DNA from: Macrostomum hystrix
Lineage: Eukaryota; Animalia; Platyhelminthes
Assembly: GCA_950097015.1 (NCBI GenBank)
Contig: CATNEN010000001.1
Span: 10,726,001 to 10,790,000, forward strand
DNA length: 64,000 bases
Direction: 5' to 3'
Below the pieces are notes generated by a model. That model had not been told where the DNA came from and made no database searches. It saw nothing but the letters and a program-made list of their open reading frames with translations. Position 1 is the first letter of the stretch, and every line of letters starts with the position of its first letter. Positions 22,918 through 34,310 of this stretch are shown one piece after another. The translations under genes were made by a program, and so were the position numbers.

Positions 22918-24711
22918 CTGGACTGGACTGGATAGCTAGCTAGGACTAGAAAGCTAGGGAGGCAAGATAGGACTAGACAGCTAGTGGGGGGGCAGGATAG
23001 CTAGCTAGGACTGGACAGCTAGGGGGGCAGAAAAGCTAGCTAGGAATGGACAGCTAGGGGGCAGGATAGCTATCTAGGGGGGGCAGGATAGCTATCTAGG
23101 GGGGGCAGGATAGCTAGCTAGGGGGGCAGGATAGCTAGCTAGGGGGGCAGGATAGCTAGCTAAGGGGGGCAGGATAGCTAGCTAGGACTGGCCACCTAGG
23201 GGGGTGGCAAGATTTCTAGCTAGGACTGGACAGCTATGGGGCAGGATAGCTAGCTAGGACTGGACAGCTAGGGGGGCAGGATAGCTAGCTAGGACTAGGC
23301 AGTTAGGGGGGCACTGGGCACAATAGCTAGCTAGGACTGGACAGCTAGGGGGCAGGATAGCTAGCTAGGACTGGACAGCTAGGGGGCAGGATTGCTAGCT
23401 AGGGGGGGCAAGATTGCTAGCTAGGACTGGACAGCTAGTGGGCAGGATAGCTAGCTAGGGGGGCCTGGATAGCTAGCTAGGACTGGCCAGCTAGGGGGGG
23501 GCAAGATTTCTAGCAAGGACTGGACAGCTAGTGGGCAGGATAGCTAGCTAGGGGTGGCAGGATAGCTAGCTAGGACTAGGCAGTTAGGGGGGCACTGGGC
23601 ACAATAGCTAGCTAGGACTGGACAGCTAGGGGGCAGGATAGCTAGCTAGGACTGGACAGCTAGGGGCCAGGATAGCTAACTAGGACTGGCCAGCTAGGGG
23701 GGCAAGATTGCTAGCTAGGACTGGACAGCTAGGGGGCAGGATAGCTAGTTAGGACTAGACAGCTAGGGGGGCAAGATTGCTAGCTAGGACTAGACAGCTA
23801 GGGGCAGGATATCTAGGAGGACTAGAGGGCTGGGTAGCGAGGAGGACTGGATAAATATAGTATATATATATGTTATACTTTATATTGTAAAATGTATTTA
23901 ATACTAATATAGATAATGTCTCTAAATTAACAAATATGACTAGATCATAACATAAAAAGCTATTTGGTAGTTTAGAACAATTCAATAAATTTTCTTCATG
24001 CAAATGAGTGCCATATAATTTTTTATATAACTACTAACTAGCATTTATAATAACAAAAAAGCTATAACTAAACAGTATTTATATAATTTATCAGCACATT
24101 ATTGGATAAATAGATCAAATGTTTAGAAAATATATCATGCCTAGGCATAGCCTAGCTTGATTTCTACTTAACAAAAGTTTCACATCAGAAAAAGCCCATA
24201 AAGCTGAAGAACCCGAGTTAATAGTTAATTCCTGTAACCTGTTACTACAACTTTCTAATCTAGCAAGTAGTAATATAGTGGCTTTACTGTTACATTACAA
24301 GAAAATTCATATTCGACAAAAAGCAATCTTCAACTTCACCATACAATGTAAGTCACATCTATGTATAGCTTTAAAGCAACTGACTAGCTTGTAAATTCTG
24401 CAAGTAACATCAAACCTGATAATGAATCATATACCAGTGCCAGCCCCGTGCTGATGAATTTTAAATTCGTTTTTATTCAAACAGCACTTTAAAACAAAGT
24501 CGTATTTCAAAATTTAGGATTTTTAACAGGTTAAACAAAACACAATAAATCGCTTAATTTCTAGCCTTGCTGCATTGAAGTACTAGTTAGTTAAAACAGA
24601 TGAGCTTTTTCCGGTCTAGTCCATAGAAGAAAGCTTAACAGACGAGCTTTTTCCAGGCTAGACGGGAGATATTTTAAGCTTTTTCCCCGTCTAGACCTCT
24701 GCCGTCGGGTG
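22918..24711 (-). repeat. Right terminal inverted repeat (~1.8 kb, shorter minisatellite 22920-23850)
   Basis: Reverse complement of the left TIR, including the same CTAG minisatellite. Confidence 0.9.
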
Positions 24712-25437
24712 AATAATTGCATATGCAATACTTTCGTACTTTTTAATTGTAGACTTAGTCCAATAAATATTCGTCTATGAAAGAAAATGAAAGAAAATAA
24801 ATGAGCAATCATTTAAGTGCTTAAAAACAGATCTACTATAGTCTATAATTCTTTCTTTCATATATTTCGTTTTACTAATACTAAAGAGAGACGTTTAAAA
24901 AACTTCTATCCGGGGATCCCTGGACAAAACCCCGGACCTTCATTCGGGGTCGCCGGGGGGCCGTCCCCGGGGTTGGCATTATGCCACATGGTATTCAATT
25001 TGGACATTGGTTCAAATTAAATGCCTGGCTTATAATACTGATTGAAAATGGGCTCAAATGGCATAACCAAATTTAGGTAATTATGCCAAATTGGCCCAGT
25101 GAAAAATTCTCAGGTCCAAATGACCTATACTTTAAATGTTTAGCTATATAACTCCAATATTAGGCTTAGTATTATTAGGCATACAGTTACATGTATTTCT
25201 AAATACTACTAGTAGGCTAGGCTAGTACAAAACAAAACATTTAGCAAAATTTAGCTAGTCTCTAAATAATTTTATATAAACATCAATAAAAACTTATGTC
25301 CCTTTATCTATATTAGTATCAATAACTATACATTTATAAATATAGAACTACAAAAGTCATTATGCCTTATGCACATAGTTTTTATGTTATAAATAATATC
25401 AATATACATTGAGGACCAAATGAATATACCAAATGAA

Positions 25438-25521
25438 TGTGGCCTCGCCGTGGAATCGAACTTACGCTCGTAAGGACCGTGGCGCGAGAGGCAAACGCGT
25501 TAACCGCTCTACCACCGAACC
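25438..25521 (-). other. tRNA-derived sequence (SINE head or pseudo-tRNA)
   Basis: Minus strand GGTTCGGTGGTAGAGCGGTTAACGCG...GTTCGATTCCACGGCGAGGCCA has Pol III A box and B box. Acceptor and anticodon stems pair poorly. Confidence 0.6.
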
Positions 25522-26029
25522 CCTATTCTACATGTATATGTATAGTTGGCAAGTCGACGGTAATGCTCGTAGAAGTAGTAAATTATGTGACACGCCGCTA
25601 TATATCACTTGGTCTGACGATTTTTAGCATTTGAGAATTATATGTAAGTTTTTTAGTATGCAAACGATATCCGCTATGCGCTAACGATACAATTTTCGTA
25701 CGGCTTTTTATAAAAATTGTAACTCATTTAAAAAATATTGTAATTCTGTCGTGCAACAGTAGGTGTTAAGTAGCCCCGATTTTTCGCGTCTCTTGTGCCT
25801 TGTCCCATTTCAAACGCTCATATTGATCCCCGATCAGTACATTGTTGCGGAGAGAGCGTACAAGAGATCATTGTATGTATACTTTTCCTCAGACGCAATG
25901 AAATTTCATTTAGGCCATTATTCCACACTTTTGGAATTTTCATAGACAAAAGAGTCCATCAGTATATTTTAACTAATAAACCATGGATGAAAATATAACT
26001 GAAACGATATAATTTATATTATTGCGTTT

Positions 26030-26283
26030 TTCGAGCTAGTAGAACCTACGAGCAAGAAATTTAATCCAACTGAATCTGGGCCTCACGGCTAGTAGTCTAT
26101 GGCAAAAACTGTGTCAAAGCGTCAAACAAGAAAAGCATGTACTGAAATGCGTGCTTGAAGGATTCACTTGCTTGACGCTTTAACACAGTTTTTGCCATAG
26201 ATTACTGGCAGAGAAGCTCCGATTGCATGCATTTTTTCTATTTTGCATTCATTTGCTTGCTCGTAGGCTCTTTTAGCTTGCAG
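26030..26283. mobile_element. Palindromic MITE-like element
   Basis: Nested inverted arms: TCTATGGCAAAAACTGTGTCAAAGCGTCAA / TTGACGCTTTAACACAGTTTTTGCCATAGA and CCTACGAGCAAG / CTTGCTCGTAGG. Confidence 0.65.
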
Positions 26284-26699
26284 AAAGCTACATTCATCCA
26301 TGCATTAAATAACCATGAACACAAAACCAGAACAGGAGCAATTGAATGTCACTGCCTATCAACGTTACTGCAGATGTCAAAGACGCCTTTTACTTACTCA
26401 CCCCGAAATTAAACGTGCAGTTTTCAAACCGTCAATTTTCGAAAATACGAGACACTTGGGCCTAAGTGTTCATCACTGCAATAATTGAAAGCGAAACTGT
26501 TTTGACACCAAAGGAACATTTATTCACCGACAAACATTTTCTGATAAATAAACATTCATTTAATTACTCATAAACTTACCACTTGAAAGATGCACTTCAT
26601 TAGCCGGCTTGACTTCGACAGGTGAGATACCGTCGACACCTGTCTCAATGCACGGCATGTTTACGCCGTTCGATTGCTTGGGAACCTCGATAGGACGCT

Positions 26700-26825
26700 C
26701 TAAGGCGTTACAGCCGTCGACGCTTCAAAAACTGCGCGGTCGCGCTTCCTTGCTAGATATCGGCGCACCGTTCTTTCGCTCTTCTGACCGGTGATGCACA
26801 TGATATCGTTCATTCCATGGCCATT
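26700..26825 (-). pseudogene. Crypton-like tyrosine recombinase C-terminal fragment
   Basis: Reads HGMNDIMCITGQKSERTVRRYLARKRD, like the YR box II 'IM..TGH.SE.S...Y'. Confidence 0.55.
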
Positions 26826-27486
26826 ACCTTTATTCTTCCCAAAGAGATCAGCAAAAAAGGGTCCCCGCCTCTCTCTAAAAAACTCGGTCTCTATATTCTA
26901 AATTCTCTACTTTTAATATTCCACATCAGTTTGTGAGTTGCATATCTAGGACAAAAATTATCGAAGCCTCCATAATGCACAAACCGTTACCTTTATTCTT
27001 CCCGAAGGAAAAAAAGAGTCCCCGCCAAAATAAATCTGTCTCTATGTTCTCTACTTTCCATATCAGTTTGTGGGTTGCATATCTGGGACAAAAAATTATC
27101 GCAGCCGCTATAATATTCCCTAAGAGATCAGGAAAAAAAGTGAACCTGCAAAAAGTGTGCCAAATCCATAAAACTAACACCTAGATTCCCAATCCCTAAA
27201 ATCAAGACCCCAAACCTAGGGTGCTCATCCTCCGAAATTATATTCTCATTAAAAATGCTCCCAATCGTCTCTCCAGGATCTTATTACAAAAGTCATGAGC
27301 CTAATTACAAAGAGTAAATACCGATGCAAACTAGAATGCAGCGAGTACATGAAAAAATATTGGCCCAACGTCGATATCAATGTCCCTAATATTAATCAAG
27401 CTCTCCAAAGACACTGGTTTCATAAGTATGGAGTAACCTACGTAAAGGACTAGGACAGCTTCTATAACTGCAGAAATCATTAAGCA
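26820..27486 (+). repeat. Dispersed ~0.7-kb repeat, copy 1 (internal ~160-bp duplication)
   Basis: High similarity to 53640-54347. Confidence 0.9.
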
Positions 27487-27499
27487 ATTGTGCTTTCTT

Positions 27500-27690
27500 A
27501 CATTCTCCTGAATGATCAACGTCAATACAAACTCTTCACCGTTGAAATCAACGCCAACACCATCTTCCGTCTCAAACTGTAGCACAATCTCGTGAATCTC
27601 CTTATTACTTAGCACAACTCTTTTCACTGGTGCGTACGAGCTCTTCTCCTTGTGCGTATTCATTTTCATATCTATTTTTAAGGCTGTCAT
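27500..27690 (-). pseudogene. Polinton/adintovirus-like minor capsid (penton) C-terminal fragment
   Basis: YAPVKRVVLSNKEIHEIVLQFETEDGVGVDFNGEEFVLTLII resembles the 'Y.PV...I..I....G..VDF.GE...L' penton C-terminus. Recognised by eye only. Confidence 0.45.
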
Positions 27691-27874
27691 ATTGTTGTTT
27701 TTCAGCTGCTTTTCAGCTGTTATTTTTTACGGGGTAGAAAAAAATTGAGTAAGACAGGAACAACAAATGAGCGTCAGACGCAAAAGAAGGCTGACTCAGC
27801 TTGAGCACAATTGAAGCCTTTTTTCAATGGTGTTTCGTGTGGTTGCATTATTTTTCCCAACGGATAGGAAAAAT

Positions 27875-28096
27875 TGATGTGGATTGATGTTTGGGCTAAC
27901 AAGTCAAAGTGCTTTTCCAGAAGACTACGTTTATTAGAAGTCTTGCGAGCTCGGGTAGCCGCGCGGTAGAAAGGGGCTACTGCCCGAGAGGGGCCTCTAC
28001 GATATGAAGAAACAAGGGAGGGAGGATGGCACATAGACATATAAAGTAAGACGCTAAGACGCGCAAGCAAAACCAACTAGCGAACTTGATACATCA
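27875..28096 (-). mobile_element. Gypsy 3' LTR (~222 bp)
   Basis: TGATGT...ACATCA termini. Polypurine tract GGGAAGGGGA just upstream on the - strand (28099-28108). AATAAA on the - strand near 27930. Confidence 0.75.
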
Positions 28097-28381
28097 TGTC
28101 CCCTTCCCGACAGAGTGCAGACGCAGGGCAACAACAGATAAAGAGACGAGCGAAGGTAAAGGGAGCGGAGGTCGGGCGGAACAAGACCGAGTGAACAAAC
28201 ACGCATCACTGCATCTTCAACTTAGTCACAGCACTGTTCGTGGTAAGAATAGTAGTAATGAGAACAGATCAGTCACGTCCAGTCGTAGTCAAGGAACAAA
28301 ACGAACGGGAGGGCGCCGAAATCTAGCGCTGCGGCGGGTGGCGTCAACCGGAGCATCGGCGGCTGCTGGATCGTCAGGAGC

Positions 28382-30800
28382 CTAGGAAGCCACGACGGGG
28401 AAAGCCGGCACTGCACCCTCGGCCACGGGGATCGAGTCGCTGTCATCAGTCAGAGCATCGAGGGGGGCCAACTGATTGGTGCTGGCCAGGGGTAGCGAGG
28501 CGCCGTCAAGTACCCAAGCAGTGTTGCGGCCCTGGCTCATTAGAAAGTCCACCTTGTTCGGCAGTTGGGAGGACGTCTGCTGATAGAGCACACGGTCACC
28601 CTGGGAATATCGAGAAACGAGAGGGACACGAAGCCGACGACCAAAGACTAGCTCAGCAGGACTCTTTCCGCGCGAGAGGGACGAAATACGATGGTGAAAT
28701 AGAACTTTCTGCAAAAACGGTACAAACGGAGCATGCGTGAGCCGCTCACTCCAAGCGCGCAGCGCTCGCATAACCGTTTGAACAGCTCTTTCAGCAGCAC
28801 CATTAGCCTGGGGGTAATAGGTAGGTGACTCCATCTTCCTAACACCGTTGATGCTTAGCCACGAACGAAACGAGTCACCGAGGAATTCAGGAGCATTGTC
28901 CGATACCAACAGTTCCAGCACGCCAAAGCGGGTGAACACGGTGCGCAACGACTTGATAACGGACTCGGAAGTGCGATCTTTGCAAGGGAATGCCTCTATC
29001 CAGCCCGAGAAGGCGTCCACGATGATGAGAACGTTACCTGCATCCGGAACGAAGGCCCAGTCTATGTGAACCTTTTGGAATGGAAAGACAGTCGGAGGCC
29101 AAACATCACGTTCCTGTCCCAAACTCGGGTGTAACAGGTTGCAGGTGGCGCAGCCTCGCACGAACCGCTCCACGTCGGAATGCATACCTGGCCACCAGCA
29201 CGATACCGCCATAAAATTGTAGGTAGCCACATGTCCGGAGTGCGTAGTGTGCGCAGCTCGAAAGGCCTCTGCCCGGAGACGGGGTGGAATGAAAACCCGA
29301 CGACCGTAGCAGAGTAGACCATCCTCGATCGTGAGCATACCTGCCACAGTCGCAAACGCCCGTTCAGCTTGGGAACACTGGCTCCAATCGCCGGTGCGCA
29401 CGCGAGTCAAAATCCGCTGTAAGAGTGGGTCAGCATCCAATTCTCGGAGGATTCGATGTTGCGCAATTACGGGGGTCTCAAACGTGACGCAATGTATCGC
29501 AGCAGAAGTAGCGCATGAGTCCAGCGAAGAATCAGTAAAGCGAAGGCGGGATAGCGCGTCCGCATGGCCAATTTGCCGACCAGGGGTGTACTTAATGTCA
29601 TAGTCGAAGTGCATCATGGTCAATGCCCACCGTGAAATGCGAACGGAAGTGTTTGTAGGCACGCCCCCCGTCTGGCCAAAGAGTCAAACCAATGGCTGAT
29701 GGTCAGTCTCGATAGTAAAACGGCGCCCCAGGAGGTAGTGTTGCAGGCGCTGCACGGCCCAAAAAACGGCCAAAGCTTCGCGCTCAATGTTCGAATAACT
29801 TTGCTCGGCTTTAGAAAGGCAACGAGAAATGAAGATGACCGGATGTCCGTCCTGAGTCACGACTGCAGCAAGGGCACCTAGCGAAGCGTCTGTCGTTAAA
29901 GTGAGCTCTTTCTCGAGTGAGTAGGGCTGAACAACCGGGATCGACGAAATTTCTTTTTTTCAGCTCAACAAAGGCACGATCGCAATCGGCAGACAACACG
30001 AACGCTGCGTCAAAGCGGCGGAGGGCATGAAGCGGCAAGGATTTCCCAGCGAAGTTGGGAACTAACCGGCCATAGAAGTTGGTGCGGCCCAAAAAATGCT
30101 TAAGTTCTTTCTTGGTTGAGGGAGCAGCAATGCTGCGAATCTTCTCCACAAGCCGAGTTTCAGGGTGAATCCCAGCAGCCGAGATCCGGAAACCCAGAAA
30201 GGAAATATCGTCACACTCTTCCACGCACTTTTCGTCATTCATGGTCACATGCTTCTCGCGAAGTCGAGTCCTGACTACCTGCAAGCGCTTCTGCAGCGAG
30301 TCGGAGCTTTCAGCGAAGATGAGAACGTCGTTCTGATAGACAAGAACGCCTTTGAGGTCGCCAAGAAAAGACTCCATCACGCGTTGGAAAATAAACGAGG
30401 AGTTCTTCATCCCCATTTGTAGGCGGTGAACGCGATAAAGACGTTTTGATGATGGATAGGTCCTGTGCAGCAGCGTCAAGCTCGGTCTGCCAATGCGCAG
30501 AGCGAAGGTCGACTGCAGCAAACTTCTTGGCGTTCTTTAGTCTTGCGAAGAGGCACTCGATGTTTGGAATTGGGTAAGAATCTGACTTAATTTTTGCATT
30601 AACGTGAACGCTGTAATCAGCACACATCCGAAGTGAACCATCCTTCTTCTTGATCCAAACGACTGGAGAAGCATTACTCATCGGACCGTCAATTGCCTCG
30701 ATGACGCCCAAAGCTTGCAGACGATCCAGCTCGGCATTCAGTAGCCTCCAGCGCGATGGGAACGGGACTTGCGCGGCAAAACTTCGGAGTCGTACCCTCG
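28382..30800 (-). pseudogene. Gypsy pol (RT, RNase H, integrase), frameshifted and 5' truncated
   Basis: ASPVVWIKKKDGSLRMCADY, VYQNDVLIF (degenerate YxDD), HHCC zinc finger, HIDWAF, VSDNAPEF, YPQANGAAERAV. Confidence 0.92.
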
Positions 30801-31186
30801 ATGAGTGTCATGGTGGCCTTCACACCTTTTATAGCCGGCAGGTGAGCCGGCATGGAAATTGTTGAGGTGCCAGCCGTGGCAGTGGAGAAAGCCTGACTGA
30901 CTCAGCTTGAGCACAATTGAAGCCTTTTTTTCAATGGTGTTTCTTGTGGTTGCATTATTTTTCCCAACGGTTAGGAAAAATAATGCAACCGCATTCTTTT
31001 TCCTAACGGTTAGTAAATTTTATGTGGTGCTCCAGATCAGGTCTTTAGTTGTGTTTTTACGTTTCCATCCTTCTTCTTCAACTTCGTCTTCTTAAACTTC
31101 GTCTTCTTCAACATCTAAGAAGACTTCAGCTTCGTCTTTTTTTCCGTTGAAATTGGCTTCTGGAGCAAAGATTTATCAAATAGTGT

Positions 31187-31870
31187 TTAGTGTTTATAAT
31201 ACCAAAATAATTGAAATATCTTACTTCTTTTACCATCTTCAAACCAGTTGCGTAAAATCTTCTCCTCGCCACCTTCTGCTGGAATCAATGAGATATACTC
31301 CTGCTGTATTTTCAGCAATTCATCAAATCGTTGATCGATTTTGGCTTTTGCCATTGTGTATGATGAAATAACTAATCCCGGGTACTCCAAGAATAGGCGG
31401 TAAAAATTGTGGAAGTCGGCCACCTTGCGCTGTGTGATGCCGAATGTTGTCACCAGATATTCTCCACTTATCTTGTGGTTCATGATCAAGTAGTGGATTA
31501 GCCTTCCTGTTCAAACTGCATGATGGTCGAAGTCAACCGGTTGAACCGCTCTATCAGTTTATCCTTCTCAAAGTTTTGCAGCTTTTCACCAACCAAGTCA
31601 AGTCCTTCAGAGATAGCATTAAGACGCAGCTTTATCTTCATTCTCTTCCAACTTACGAAGAATGGTATCCAAAATATGGTTGCGCTTACTTTCTGTTGCC
31701 ACCTTCTTCACAGGTGTTCGTTTCGCTTCTGGAGCACTTTCAAGTATTTTCAAACTTTTCTCAAAGTCTTTAAGTTCATTATCGGTAAAATCCTTCAGAC
31801 GGGAACCGATAACAGATGTCTTTTTTGCTGATGGATGAAGCTGCCTGCACGATGGTTGAAATCGCACTCA
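31187..31870 (-). pseudogene. Degenerate intronless ORF of unknown function, possibly Polinton-associated
   Basis: Protein-like frames (...RNHILDTILRKLEE...; FHNFYRLFLEYPGLVISSYTM) broken by frameshifts. Lies on the far side of the Gypsy insert from the penton-like fragment. Confidence 0.3.
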
Positions 31871-33384
31871 AACCGATCGCCCCGCGTGTCGCGGTCGACC
31901 CGGAACCCTAGCGCTACGGACCGTCACCGAGCCGTCCTTCTCCTGTTGCCGGCGGTAGCCCTCATTGAAGAGTGACCGGCACTCGGTTCTCTCGAGAGCG
32001 CCACGCATGTGGGGCATCGAAAAGCGGTCTTGGGCTGGTGGGCCGGACGGTTGCGCCCGAACCTGTGTTGGTGGCGGAGGTGGAGGCGCGGTGGCACGTG
32101 GGTCCGGGCCCCACCCGATCAGGGGCACTAGCTCCTGTGCACACGCCGTACGGATGACGTCGATGGCCTCGTTCGGCATGCGTCGCCGCGGTGTAAAAGC
32201 TACCGCTGTACTGATAGCTTCGCTCAGCGTCCGCTGGAGGTCGGGGAATGGTACACCGACGCGTTGCCCTCGAGTCCGATCCCGACGGATCGCGGCCCAG
32301 CTTTCTGATGTTCGACACAGCTTTCTGACGTCCTTGGAAGGCGCCGTCACCGTTGCCGTAGTGGGACCATTCGTTTCGTATGAATGTCTTGAGTGACTGG
32401 AAGATATTTCGCCGTGCGGCATCGATAGCCTCCGGCTGGGGCTCTACCGCTCTCTCTTCGCGGCGCTGTTCCCGTCGTTCCTGTTAAAACCGCTGAGCGC
32501 GCTGTTGGCGTCGCTCCCTTTGCGTCAGCCTGGGTGTTATTTCTGCGGGCCCCTCGTTAGTGACGTCGACGACGCTCATCGGTTCGTCGGCACACAGGTC
32601 CAGAATGTCGGCCGGGTCACGTCATGGATTCAACGTCGGCGATTTCTCCGTCCTCTAGGTCGGCCATGGCTGCAATGCGGGTGCAGTTCATGCTATAAGC
32701 TAAAGGCAACGCGACCCGTGCCATTATATAAGTTATTCCAGCATTTGACTATAGTGCTCTTAGATGATACGATCCAGTCTGATACAATGTGTGTATTTGC
32801 CCGATTCCCTGGCAACCATCTTGAATTGACCTCTATATTCCCCGGACTGCAGACTAAATCTGAGCCGAATTTTCATCTTAAAATATTCATAACAAGCTGG
32901 CCGATCTTCCTGACCGCAGCTTTGCATGTAGCTGTATTATCCTAGTCATATTAGTATACCGTAACAATGTCTCATAATCACAACTCCCTTCAATTTCAAT
33001 TAAAATCTAAAACATGGGTCTGACAAACACATAAACTAAATTCTCAGTAGACAAAATCGTAGCAATAATATGGAGACAATTCCCTCAGTTAACTCTTTCA
33101 CTTCTCACTTTCACTTCCTTGACATTTTAACCATCATGGTCTCGGCGGATTTTTACTCACTTAAGAAGGCTTCAATGATAATAATACACAGGTGGCCGTA
33201 TGTTCGCGCGGTGTTTCAGCCGCCGACCCCAGGCTGCTGCCGGAGGTGTGTCCCCTCGCTGAGGAGTCGGAATGCGACCCGCAGTCGCCTGTCTTGGCGG
33301 ACTCACTAGCCCCGGGCTCTGCCTAGCTGGCGTCTCGTCCGGGCTCACCGCTCTGGGCGGAGTCCGTGGACTGTTTCTTTCTCC

Positions 33385-34310
33385 CTATCCTGTCTGTGGA
33401 CTGGTCTGTTGTCCTGTCTGTGGACTGGCATTAGCAGTATTCTGAATTCTATCCCTTTCGCTGACTCTATCTCTAGCACCTTCGCTTTCTCTATCCCGGC
33501 GGATTAGATTTCCTAAGCTTGGTCTCTGGACTTCTATATGAATGCTAGACTCTTCTGAGTCTTCTTCTTCGACAGGGCGGTCATCTCCATTTCGCCACTG
33601 CCGCAACTGGTCGTCTCTAAGATGGCAGGGTTTTGCTCTGTCTACAGTGATCACGTCATGAATTCTTGCTGGCTGTTCTATGCCATCAACTTTTGGTCCA
33701 GGCTCGACTTTCAGATTTTTTCCATTTTTCCTAACTTCTATGACTCTGTATGGTCCGACCCATTTCCTGTTACTGTCAAAACATTTCTGGGTATTCGCGA
33801 GCCATATCAGGTCTCCGGCTTTGTAGAAATTTCTAAAGACTTTGGCGTCATAATTAGTCTTCTGTCGGTTTACCGAAATTTTCTGCTTTTCTCTGGCAAT
33901 TCTAAAGGACTCCATGCACTTCCTATATAGATCGTGTACGTGCCTGTCACGGGTTTTGCGCTCCGGCGAAGGCAGGCCGAGTTCGGCGTCAACCGGAAGC
34001 CGCATCTTTTGCCCGTACATTAATTCGAATGGGCTGAACTTGTTACTTTCGCTAACAGTACTTCTCTGCACCATCAAGGCGCGTGGGAGCACTTCGTCCC
34101 ATGCTAAATCAAGCTCACTCTGGGATAATCTAATACTGTCTTTTACAACTCCACCATCCGCTCGCAGCGGCCGTTAGCCTGCGGGTGATAACTTGCGGTA
34201 TGGCGGAGATCTATTTTAAAATTGTCAGCTAATGATTTCACTATTTCAGAAGTAAAAGAAGCACTACGATCCGACACAAAAGCTTCCAGAGCTCCGTGAC
34301 ATAATTACTA
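33385..34310 (-). pseudogene. Second Gypsy integrase fragment
   Basis: VSDRSASFTS, TASYHPQANG and WDEVLPRAL upstream of ORF 33385..34092, which has SPFELMYG and KWVGPYRV (GPY/F motif). Confidence 0.85.

Larger units (their letters stand above)
2461..24711. mobile_element. Complete KDZ-superfamily DNA transposon (22,251 bp) with long TIRs and 7-bp TSD
   Basis: CACCCGACGGCAGAGGTCTAGACGGGG at 2461 is the reverse complement of the sequence ending at 24711. AATAATT lies directly outside both ends (2454-2460, 24712-24718). A KDZ transposase gene is inside. Confidence 0.9.

Noticed and set aside
25438-25521. Functional tRNA gene
   Set aside because: A and B boxes are present but the acceptor and anticodon stems are not canonical.
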